Source of the DNA: Stegostoma tigrinum
Taxonomy: Eukaryota
Assembly (NCBI RefSeq): GCF_030684315.1
Contig: NC_081391.1
Coordinates: 21,102,629 to 21,166,628 of the forward strand
Reading direction: 5' to 3'
Length of the DNA: 64,000 bases
The position numbers and the translations under genes are program-made. Every line of letters starts with the position of its first letter. The first letter of the stretch is position 1. This document shows, one piece after another, positions 1 to 13,404 of this stretch. The notes beneath the pieces were generated by a model. The model was not told the origin of the DNA. It worked only from the letters and a program-made list of their open reading frames with translations, and ran no database searches.

Positions 1-155
1 CATTCCTGATTGGCCAGCAGCAACTGTCAGTCATCATCAGTTCGGTCTCCCTCTGGGTGAGTGCCGGTTCTCTCAGGAGTAGAAACACAACAGCTTTGGG
101 GATTGAGGCCTTTGTTCCAGAGTTGTCCTTGTGATTGTGAGCAGGAATAGTGAAG

Positions 156-2539
<2,384 letters not shown>

Positions 2540-3809
2540 ATGGGGTCAATAATGTGTATGTTGTACATGGTGACATAATGCTAGTAACTCGGTTGTGCTG
2601 AGCAAATCAAAATAGTGTTCACCATGGAACTGAGTACTTTGCCTAATTTCACAGCTGCTTCTGGCTCTTGGTATTGCTGTTTGCACATCTGATCATTAAA
2701 TCCTTTTCTGTTACTTCTGATTAACCTTTAATTCAATGCCTGCCCCAGTAGTTTGCTCCTCTTTTGTCGGTACGAATTCAGTCAGCAATCAATGTAGTGG
2801 AAATCCCACAAGTGTTCGGGTTTTTTTGTCAGTACAACACTGTTTACTAGCCAAACAACTTTTCAGGACCAGCTTCTAGTCAATAGGCAGGGGACTGGTC
2901 TCAGTCAAGCTAAGTGTTGGGAACTGAACTGGAGCCCTGCCCTGTGCAATGTTCAGGTCTCATTGGAATAAGCAGCTGCAGGAAATCTCAGGTTTGGCTG
3001 CACCTGGGGGAAGAACTGTTCAGTCCTAGGACCTGAGACACATTATCATCTCCTGACAGATGTTGCCACACCTGTGACTTTTTCTAGCACTTGGAGTCCA
3101 ATGATTTGAGCATACATTCACTTTTCAAACAAGAATATAAAGTAAAAAAAATTTAGCCTGGAAGATGCACTGATCTCTTTAGCAATTGCTTATCTACAAA
3201 GGATACAAGTGGTTTCGCTCCCATTTCCTTTGCTCCTTTATCACTGGTGGAAGGAGTGAGTCTCATGGCTGCCTGTAAGAGAATGAGAAAACTTGTTTTC
3301 ACTTGTCTCAGGCTCTCACGCGTGCACTCGCCAGAGAGAATGACCTGTTAGTCAAGGCAGCAGTGCCCATCTTGGAGCAGGTGTGGCACAACTTCTCAGT
3401 GCTCTGCAACGTAAAGATTACATAGGCTAAGAACACCAGGTGAAAGTAAAGTTAGAACCCAAATACCACGAGGAGAAATCAGCAGTTCCAATCTTTAGCT
3501 CTTTATTTTCAATGAAATCAGCTCTCCTGCTCTCAACTGACCTGCATGTGCCAGCACATGCACTGCTCTGTGCCTGCCTTGTTCCTGATGTTCAGGGGTG
3601 ACAGTCTCCTCTATTAAAAGGATGTGGATGTCTCTGAGCTGACAGCATTTATTATCCATTTCAAATTGCCACAAGGCCAGGTCAGAGGTGCACACATCGC
3701 TGTGCTTGCAGGGTCATATGCAGGCCAGGCTCGGTAAGGATGGGTTTTTGACACTGAATTGAATGCTCCTCATTACCTTCTTAATTCCAGAGCGGTGTCA
3801 GATAGAATC

Positions 3810-4200
3810 AGGAGATCAGGCCAACACTCCAGAAACTTGATGGCCTCCAGCTCCAAGCAATGATTGTCAAGCTCATTATTAGGTTCTTATTGCCAGAAGA
3901 GAGTTGTTCAGACAGAATCAGGTCAACGGGTATCGGTCCAACACGCCAGGAGCTTAAGAGCCTCCAGCTCAGAGCAGCCGCGAGATTCATTCTTTCCGCC
4001 ACTGACACACAGGGACTACAATATGTGCCGTCTAACAAATGCTGTAGAAATCCACCAAATCTTCTTAGACAACACCTTCCAAAGCCCCCATTCATCCAGT
4101 GTTGGTGGATCAAAATGCTGCCATTGCCTCACCAGGAGCATTGAGGATCTGCCTCCACTAAATCAACAACAGTTCAAGAAGGCAAGCCACCACATTCGCG
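3810..4200 (+). mobile_element. Old LINE 3'-end relic in each spacer (also ~10480-10810, 17270-17610, 23850-24225, 30840-31220, 38900-39250, 45640-45990, 61930-62310)
   Basis: Recurrent CCACCACTGACACACAG...CACCTTCCAAA...TCCTGGAATTCCCTC...CAAGAAGGCAAGCCACCAC block resembling an abundant shark LINE tail; family not assigned. Confidence 0.55.
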
Positions 4201-4689
4201 AATCTAATGTTAGGCCTGATCTCGGACCAGTTCAAATATCTCAGCGTGGAGGTTCTTTTGTTCTAGTTCAAACATATCTGGAGTGCACAGTTCGAGCAGG
4301 TTGGACGCAAAGATCGTTATGAACAGAATTTCTGGAATGCCCCCGGACAGAAAGTTAATTGGTTACGATGATAATACTTTGCCCAAGCCCCTCTGTGTAG
4401 AAGTGTAAAGGACGTCTGTGCTTCAAGTTTCAAAGTGGATTAATGCATTTGACAGGGTACATAGAGAGATCCTGCTTCTTTTCAATCCTCATCTAGGACT
4501 AAGAGTGGGGAATATGATTACAATCCTCGCATTAGAAGTAAATCATCTATGATAAAGCCAAAAACAGCTTCGTTTTGGAAAGGATAATATGTGAATCAGC
4601 AGATACATTTTTATTTGGTCAGATTTGATGTTGCCAATTGCTTTCCAATTTGAACATAAAAGATGAATGCATTTTGCTTGAACAAACGT

Positions 4690-5410
4690 AGAAAGACAAA
4701 ACAGGCTCGATGTTTCAATTCTGAGGCGAGTACAAGAGCAGAGGGACTTTGGGTTTCAAGTATGTGATTACTGGAAAGTGGCTGAGCGGGATAAAGCTGC
4801 TATGAGAAGGCTTTTGTGAAATGTGTGTTTTCAAATGGACGCAGAGAGTATAAAAGCGAAGAATAGATGTTACACCTGTACAAATCATGGGTTAGACCAC
4901 ATGTGCAGTGTTGTGTTCAGTTCTGGGCATGGTATTTAAGGAAGGACATTGAAGCCCTCGACAGAGTTCAAAGGGCATTTACGAGAAGAACACCAGGAAT
5001 GAGGTATTTCAGATACAAGGAAAGATGGAAGAAATTGGGGTAAATCTCCTTGGAGCATAAATGTTTAAGAGGTGACCCTGTTGAAGTGATCAAAATAATG
5101 AACAATTCTGTCAGGGTAAAGGAGGATATTCTGTTTTCACCAGTTGATTATGGCAGTAATGAGGGGTCACAGTTTGTCAGTAATGGAGCTCTGAGATGAG
5201 AACAAACCTCTCTATTCAGAAGGTTGTTAGGATTTGGAATGTGATGCCTGGGAGAGTGGCGGAGGTAGATCCCATAGGTGGCTTCAAAACAAGAACTGGA
5301 TATATACTTGGAAGTGACGAATATAGAGGGTATAGGGCTGGAGAGGGGGCCTAGGTGGGTAGCTCTTTCGGAAGCCGATACGGACATGATGGGATGAATG
5401 GCCTCTGTCA
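4690..5410 (+). mobile_element. Old degenerate CR1 3' relic present in most spacers (also ~11320-11900, 18110-18840, 25880-26605, 31730-33640, 39760-40480, 56210-56935)
   Basis: Decayed LYKSLVRPHL-YCVQFW...RVQRRFTR coding remnants and a 3' UTR motif like GATGGGCTGAATGGCCT. Boundaries approximate. Confidence 0.75.
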
Positions 5411-5766
5411 TTAAAAATCCTCTGAATGTCCACCCAGGAACTTTTGTAAATTTTGGGTTTGTATTCTTCTCAGTCTTAAATGTCCAACCCAGTCCTCTTA
5501 CATCAGGATACCCTGATCCTGGACTTCCCCCCCCCCATTGGGAACATCCTTCCTGTCCTTGCCCCGTCTGATCCTGTCACAGTTTTCTATGACCCAGAGT
5601 CAATTTCCCACCTTTCTGTCTCATATCCCAGCACAACGGGCTGAGAAACTGACACCTCTTGTTCGTTGACTTCCTCGTGCAGTTTGTCACAACCACCTTA
5701 ATTTAGAAACAAAATGTTAAAGCTTTTTTCAAACCAAATGCAGTTCTTTTTAAAAAAGAGCCAAAT

Positions 5767-5863
5767 AACTTATGAAGAAGTGTCCAGACCTGAAACATCA
5801 GCTTTCCTGTTCCTCTGATGCTGCTTGACCTGCTATGTTCATCCAGCTCAACACCTTGTTCTA
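5767..5863. mobile_element. 97-bp Penelope-like terminal-repeat fragment inserted upstream of the copy-2 promoter
   Basis: Absent at paralogous sites (e.g. 13080) and flanked by a CAAAT duplication; TGAAGAAG...CCTGAAAC...GATGCTGCTTGACCTGCT motif. Confidence 0.6.
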
Positions 5864-6168
5864 CAAATGACCCATGACCTGATTGAGTGGAGCAACAGGT
5901 TTGAGATGCTGAATGGCCTCCTGCTGTTCCAATCACAGAATAACCATCCAGACCTGATTATGATCTCCACCTGTGATCAGCTCTGCTTAACACACCCACC
6001 CCCTCTCTCTCATTGGTGCCTGTATGCATGGGTGGTTCCTGATTGGCTAGCAGCAATTGTCAGTCATCATCAGTTCTGCCTCTCCATGGGTGAGTGCAGG
6101 ATGGTCCCAGGACTATAAATACAGAGCTTGTGGAAGAGCAACTCACTTCTTGAGTGGGAATAGTGAAG

Positions 6169-9101
6169 ATGGCCTCCCAAGTATGTCAGAACTACCACAA
6201 GGACTGTGAGGATGCTGTTAACAAGCAGATCAACCTGGAGCTCTATTCCTCTTATGTTTACCTCTCCATGGTGAGCTTTGTGGAATTGAAGACCTGACCT
6301 CAAGTTGAAGCCTGTGATATATGTGCATTGACTCTCTTAGGTTTATTTTCTTGCCTAGTTTAATGATTTAGTTGTAGCATGTGTTTTGGTCTGTGGCCCT
6401 TCCCTGACTGAATCCCAGTGAAATGGTTCACACTGACTCTGTTGGAAACTTGAAGTTTGTCTTGTATTGCAACTGACTCCTGGGTGACAATGGCCACTTT
6501 GTTATCTCTGGACAATGTACTCCTTAGTGACTTTTCTCCTTCCTCTGAAGGGATGAGCTGATGTTGCTGATAAACCTATATTTTCCTTAAATTTGGTTGC
6601 AATTTTCTTTTAAAGAGAAGATTTCCCTGGTGAATTTTTCTATGCAAAACGTACTTGCACTCTTAAAACTTTGCCCCATTCACCAGGCTGCTGTCTGATT
6701 TGGCCCTAAATGAGTTCTTTCTTTTCTGAAAGAAAAGCAACTGCTGGAAATTAGAAACAGCAACAAAAACAGCTGGAATAGCTTTACAGATCTGGCAGGA
6801 TTTAGAGAAATCAGTTCATGTTTTGGGTCCAGTGACTCTTCCTCAGAAGTCATCCTCCTCCTAGCTATTCAGTAGGAGGAAAGACAAGTGTGGCATGTTT
6901 TCACACTCCAAATGTGAATTACAGGAAAAAAAAACCAGTTAGAACTCAGTGCTGAGTAGATGGTAGGACAGAGTGGGGTTATTCAGGTGGGTGATGTTTG
7001 TAATGCTGGCGCTCACTGCGATTCATGGCTCTGTCCATCCACGTGCTCTTTCTTAGTGCTGTGTCCTTGATCGGCTGGTTGTGTGTCCTCTTTCTTCTAT
7101 CTTCCATGGGAGAAGACCTTCTGCCTGTCTATCATGTTCCAGTAATTAAATGTCCAGTTCTGGTTGCCATACTAACAAAAGGATGTGAATGCTTTGGAAG
7201 GGGGTGCAGAGGAGGTTCACCAGGATGTTGCCTGGTATGGAGGGTGTGAGCTAGGAAGACAGGTTGAGTAGATGAGCATTATTTTCATTAGAAGGTGGCA
7301 GATTTGGGGGTGGGGTCCTGATTGAGCTCCTCAAATTCATGAGGGGTGTAGACAAGGTGGATAGCAAGAAGCTTTTTCCTTGAGTGGGGAACTCAATTAC
7401 TAGGGGTCATGAGCTCAAAGTAAGAGCAGGGAAGATTGGGTGAGATTCCTTTCAGTGTGGAAACAGGCCCTTTAGCTCAGTGCACACTGGCCCTTGAAGC
7501 ATCCCACCCAGACCCATTTCCCCTATAACCCCCATACCACTGAATGCTACAGGCAATTTATCATGTGGATATGTTTGGAAAGCTCTTTACGCAGAGGTTG
7601 GAGGGTGCCTGGCACACATTGCCTGTGGAAGTGGTAGATGCAGTCACACTAGTGTCTTAAGATCTATCTGGACAGGTACATGGATGGGCAGGGAGCAAAG
7701 GGATAGAGACCCTATGAAAATAGATGACCAATTTGAGACCAGATGTCGCTCGGTGCAGCCTTGGAGGGTCAAAGAGCCTGTTCCTGTGCTGCAGCTTTTT
7801 TGTCCTTAAATGTGGAATCAAGATGGTGACTGGGTTAGTTTCTGGTTGAGGAGTGCCATTGAATTTCAGATACACTTCCCCTTCCTGCCTGTTTCTTCCC
7901 CCACAGTTCTCTTACTTTGACCGGGATGATGTTGCCCTGCGTCACTTTGCTGAGTTCTTCAAGGAGCAGTCCCATGAGGAGCGAGAACATGGAGAGAAGC
8001 TGATCACATTCCAGAATAAACGTGGAGGTCGTGTCCTTCTGCAGGACATCAAGGTTGGATTCAAAATTTTTTCAGCTCAATACAATGGACTGATATCTCA
8101 ATATGATCAGGTTCAGGATTAGACAAATACTGTGTGAATGGGAGGTTGCTCACCACAATAAGATTCCCTTCACTAAAAAGAAACACTTTTGCACTTGTGA
8201 TTGAACAATAGTTGGCAATTGTGATAATCCAGTATTCTGGATGGTGAGCAAATATCGGTGTCTGCTGCAGCTTTGGACAAGATGAGGTGTCAAAAGGGAA
8301 AACAGAAGTCTTTCAGGTGCTGAATTCATCAGAATGAAGCCTTTATACATCTAGAAGATGTTTCTGATGCCTTGAGATCACTCTGATCACGGCCTAGCAG
8401 GATCTGTTTAGAAATGTCCCCTTCAAGAACAGTACCAAATACAGCATGTGTTTTACCAAGGTCAAGTTGGCCTGTAGTACCTCCCCTACAATGATGAGGG
8501 ATAACTAACTGATCAGATGTAGACTAATGATACAACTGCCTGCTGAGCTGTGCTTTCTGTTCCTGCTTCCCTCCCCGCAGAAGCCAGAGCAGGATGAGTG
8601 GGGCAGTGGCGTGGAGGCAATGCAGAGAGCTCTGCAGATGGAGAAGGATGTGAACCAGAGTCTGCTGGATCTGCACAAACTGGCCTCTGGCCACACGGAC
8701 CCTCATGTGAGTGTGGTGTATTTAAATCTGGGTTTTTGAATAAAAACAGGGATCAGACACTTGGTCCTTTTTGTTCGCCACAAGATCTCATTTGACATTG
8801 TGGAGGGTTTTCTTGGGTTGTACCAAGATCCTCCTGTTTCTAAAACTGAGCACTTTCTCGTGTGTATTTGGCAATCTCCATGACATCACTTCACTGTTCG
8901 GTCTCCCAATCTGCATTTGGTCAGATTTAACCAGTTCCCCTCTTTGCTTTCCAGCTGTGTGACTTCCTGGAGAGGCACTACTTGGATGAGCAAGTCAAGA
9001 TGATCAAGAAGCTGGGAGATCACACCACCAACCTGAAGAGACTGGGAGCCCCTGACAATGGCATGGGAGAGTACCTGTTTGACAGGCTCTCACTCAGCTG
9101 A
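6169..9101 (+). CDS. Ferritin copy 2, intact, 173 aa
   Basis: Exons 6169-6270, 7907-8053, 8581-8706, 8955-9101; GT-AG, no stops. Private changes HGEKLIT, GVEAM, DHTTN. TATAAATA at 6114, ATTAAA at 9174. Confidence 0.92.
7135..7795 (+). mobile_element. CR1 3' fragment in copy-2 intron 1 with a nested antisense SINE piece (~7442-7566); partial paralog at ~47657-48170
   Basis: Decayed CVQFW...KDV...RRFTRMLPG remnants interrupted by GATTCC..CAGTGTGGAAACAGGCCC...GGCAATTTA, recognised as the reverse strand of a shark HE1/V-SINE-type tail. Confidence 0.65.
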
Positions 9102-11955
9102 ATGGGGTCAATATCTATATCTGTTGTACATGGTGACCTCATTCTACTAAATGACTAGTTGTTCTCTGAGCAAATTAAAATAGTGTTCACCATGGAACTG
9201 AGTACAGTGTTTTATTTTCATAGCTTCTGGTTCTTGGAGCTCTGTGTTTTAATGTCTGATCATCAATCCTTTGTTCTTTGTGACATCCTTTGATTCAATG
9301 CCTGCCCCAGTAACTTGCTCAGTGTTTGATTCTGCTGTGTCTGGGGATTGAGTGGGCAATCCTTTTATTGGAAATTCCATAACTGGTAAGGTTGTTGACA
9401 GATAAATCAGCATTACTGACATGTACTCACAGGGACAAGTTTGCAGGACCAGCTTCTAATCAATAGACTGACTGAAATCAGTCCTTTGCCTAAAGGGTAG
9501 GCACTGATCTAATGCACTGCCCTTGGCCATGTGTTTGGGTCTCTTTTTAAATAAGCAGTTTCTGGAAACCAGGAACACAACCTGCTGGGAAATCTCAGGT
9601 TTGGCAGCATTGGGAGGGAGAAGGGTTGAACAGAACCTGGCCATGAGACACGTGATCATCTCTTGATTTGATGTTGCGTTGCCTGACAGTGAGGTGTTTT
9701 CCAGCAATTTGTTGTAATGCCTTGATGTTACTGATTTTAGTAGATTGTACAATTCCTCCTTTTAAAGTGTAATATACACTGCTTTTCTGCAGGTTTTTCC
9801 TCTTGATAAGGAATTGCTTATGTCACTGTTCCCAGAGCTAGGGAATTAGTTTCTTCGGTATTTCCTTTTATACAGGTAGGAGAAAGAAAAATCTACCTTG
9901 TCTCAGAATGCTAATGACTAGGAACTGCCTTGGGAATGAAGCAGTGCCCACCTTGTTCCCTGTGTGATAATTACTATTATTACCCTGCAAAGAGGTGACA
10001 AATACTGTGGATGCCTGGTAGAAAATCAAGCTAAAATGCAAATACCATGTACAGAAATCAGCAGTTCCAATTTTTACCTTTGTGTTCAATTTTCAAGCAG
10101 ATCAGCTCTCCTGCTGTCGACTGGCTGACCTGTGACTCCACACCGTGCACTGGGGTGGCTTGATAACTGTCAATCAGCTCTGAATTAAAATGTGACTAGT
10201 TTGTGTAAGGGCTTTAACAGGATCAGGCTATCACTGACAGGCAGCATTTATTATCCATCTCTGATTTACCACCCCGCCCCCCCCCACCCCCAGCCAGCCC
10301 ATGAGTAATTCAAATTAAAACCCTTTGCTGTGGGGTTACACAAAGGCCAGATCAGGTAAGGATGGCAGTTTCTTACAAACAAGGACATTAGTGAACCAGA
10401 AGAGGCTTGGTTGGACCCTGTCTTCTGGAATGAGAATGATGTGCGTGAAATTCAGTGATGTCAGACAGACTCAGGATAACAGGTAGCAGTCTAACACTCC
10501 AGAATGTTGACAGCCTCCATCAAACGAGTAGCCACTCTCGTCAATCCTTCCACCACTGACATACGCAGAGACTGCAATATATACCATCGACCAAAGCTCC
10601 TTAGACAACTTCTTAAAACCACAACTACTTTCCATCGGACAAGGGCTGCAGATATGTAGGAACACCACGCATCTCCACATTCTACACCAAGCCACCGATC
10701 ACCCAGCGTTGGAATCGTAACCCCACGTTCCCTCCCTAACAGCAGTATGGATTTGCCTACACCAAATGGGCTACAGTAATGCAAGAAGGCAAATCACCAC
10801 ATTCTCGAAACTAATGTTGGCCCTGATCTCTGAGGGGTTCAAATACCTCTGGATGAAGAGATTTTGGTGAAATTGTCAAGTTCCTGTTCAACCACAGCCG
10901 GAGTGCACAGTTCTGGCAGGTTCGACCCAAAGATGGTTATGCACGGAATTTCTGGAAGTAACCTGGACAGAGAGATGGTTAATTCATGATAATGGCTTGT
11001 CTAGTCCCTCTGTGTAGAAGGTTAAGGGATGGCTGTAATTGATATTTTTCGGAGGATTAATGGATTTGACAGGGTAGAGAGGAAAGAACCCATTTCTTCT
11101 CAATGATCATCTCGGACTGTGCGTAGAATGGGATGACAATCTTCACATGAGAACTACATCATCCAGGATCATGTCAAAAACAGTTACTTTGTGGAAAGGA
11201 CAAAATCTGCGCGCACAGATATTTACTGCACAAGGTTTGATGTTGCCAATCACTTTCCAATTTCAAGACATAAAAATAAAGTGAGTAATGCATTTTCGTC
11301 GAAGAAACACAGAAAGACAAAACAGGCTCGATGTTACAAATCTGATGTGAGTACAGGAGCTCAGAGACTTTCGGTTTCAAGTATGTGATTGTCTGAAAGT
11401 GGTCAGGCAGGATGAAGCTGTTATTAATGGAGATTGAGCCACTTAAGAAGATTTATTAGAATGACCCGAGGAATGAGGAATTTTAGATACACGGAAAGAT
11501 TCAGGAAAATGGGGTAAATCTCCTGGCAGGTGACCTTATTGAGAGGCGACCTTGTTGACGTGATCAAAACTATGATCAATTTTGATAGAGTAAACACGAT
11601 ATTCTGATTTCAGCAGTTGACTTGTCAGTGACGAGGGGTCATAGTTTGTCAGTAGGGGAGATCAGAGTGAAATGGGAAGAAACTTGTTTGCTCAGCAAGT
11701 TGTTCGGATTTGGAATATGCTGCCTGGGAGAGTGACGGAGGTCGATTCCACGGGTGGTTTCAAAACAAGAGTTGGATATGTCCTTGGAAGTGACGAATTT
11801 AGAGAGTGACAGCAATAGGGCTGGAAAGTGGGACTAATCAGGTAGCTCGTTCAGAAGCTATTACAGGACGGTGGGCTGAATGGCCTCCTGTTGTGAAAAA
11901 CACTCTGAATTTCCACCCAGGAAATTCTGAGAGTTTGGGGACGGGGTTTGAATTC

Positions 11956-12290
11956 CACCTGTACAAGGCACCTTTAATGTGGGAAAGCTGTTACACATCA
12001 GCAGAGACATGGTCCTTTACACAAGGTAGACCCAGTTCCACTGGCAAAGAAATGTTGACTGGGGATCCCCCCACTGCTGACCTTCACCCACTGTCACAGC
12101 CAACGGTAGCACACGCCTATCTTCCACCTGGATGGCCGTTGGGAACTTGTTTTGCATTGCACTTTATCAGGACCCTCCCCTCGATCGTACCATCCTGGGT
12201 GGCCCTGCCAGGAGGTGAAATCCACTTCAGGTATCACTCTGAGAACCAACAGAACACTCGAGGCTCTCCATCACTGCGTGGTGACAATCC
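11956..12290 (-). mobile_element. RTE-clade retrotransposon 5'-end relic (also 18896-19229, 33713-34047, 40541-40875, 56995-57329)
   Basis: Minus strand reads GGATTGTCACC...CTCCTGGCAGGGCCACCCAGGATGG...GGATCCCCAGTC...AAGGACCATGT, resembling RTE/BovB/Expander 5' UTRs (from memory). Confidence 0.55.
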
Positions 12291-12542
12291 ACAGGCAGGA
12301 GCTGGAGGCAGGGAGATGCTGCTCAGGTACAGACCCATCACAGAATCGGAGAATTGTTGTGGCACAGCAGGCAGCCATTCGGTCCTTTGTGCCTGCACCT
12401 GTTCTGGTTGTTTCCTAATTCTGCCTGTCGAGATGTTACAAAATCTCTGGATCTGGTATGGACTTGGACCAAGGCTTCCTGGTCCACAGCTAGGGACATT
12501 ACCCCTGCATCACAATACCCTGGCTGCACTGGTTGTACAAAC

Positions 12543-12905
12543 TTAGAATCATCGAAAAAAAATTGTTGTATTCGGCCATTCAGTCCCCTCCAGACTGCTC
12601 TGCCATTCCATGTGATTGTGGCTGATCCCCTAACTCAGTCCCATCTTCCCACTCTCTCTCCATACTCTTTGATCCCTTCAGCCCTCAAAGCTACACCCAA
12701 CTGCTCCTGGAAAACATTCAAAGTTTTGGCCTCAAATGTTTTCTGTGGCAGAGAATTCCACAGGACCCCCACTCTCTCGGTGAAGAGATTTCTCCTCATC
12801 TCAGTCCTAAATGTGTCCTTAGGCTGTGACCCCTGGTCCTAAACTTTTCCATCATCAGGAACATCCTTCCTGTCTTTTCCACAGCTGACACTATGACAAT
12901 TTTCG
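12543..12905 (-). mobile_element. Antisense CR1 3'-end relic upstream of the promoters (paralogs ~19485, 34300, 41130, 57585)
   Basis: TAGAATCAT...GGCCATTCAG...GAATTCCACAG...GTGAAGAGATTTCTCCTCATCTCAGTCCTAAAT is the reverse complement of a CR1 RT end and 3' UTR. Confidence 0.65.
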
Positions 12906-13404
12906 ATGACCCCGAGCCAATTTCCCATCTTTCTTTCCCAAATCCCAGCACAACAGGCTGAGAAACTGACACTCCCCTTCCTCAATGAGTCCCTTGTGCA
13001 GTTGATCACAACCACCATAATTTAAAAACAAAACGAGCAATCTTTTCTCAAACCATATTTACTTCTTTTAAAAAAGAACCAAATGACCCATGACCTGATT
13101 GAGTGGTGCAGAAGGTTTGAGATGCCGAATGGCCTCCTGCTGTTCCAATCACAGAATAACCATCCAGACCTGGCTCTCATCTCCACCTCTGATCAGCTCT
13201 GCTTAACACACCCTCCCCCTCTCTCTCATTGGTGCCTGTATGCAGGGGTGGCTCCTGATTGGCTAGCAGCAACTGTCAGTCATCATCAGTTCGGTCTCCC
13301 TCTGGGTGAGTGCCGGTTGTCTCAGGAGTAGAAACACAACAGCTTTGGGGATTGAGGCCTTTGTTCCAGAGTTGTCCTTGTGATTGTGAGCAGGAATAGT
13401 GAAG

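Noticed and set aside
20-40. GCAACTGTCAGTCAT as an antioxidant response element
   Set aside because: The reverse strand ATGACTGACA lacks the GC required by RTGACnnnGC; AP-1-like at best.
10269-10300. C-rich tract (minus-strand G-quadruplex potential)
   Set aside because: Private homopolymer expansion absent from paralogous spacers; no sign of function.
11806-12546. 246-aa ORF (MWESCY...) recurring five times as a novel gene
   Set aside because: Spans antisense repeat relics, has different stop positions among copies and no recognisable domain.
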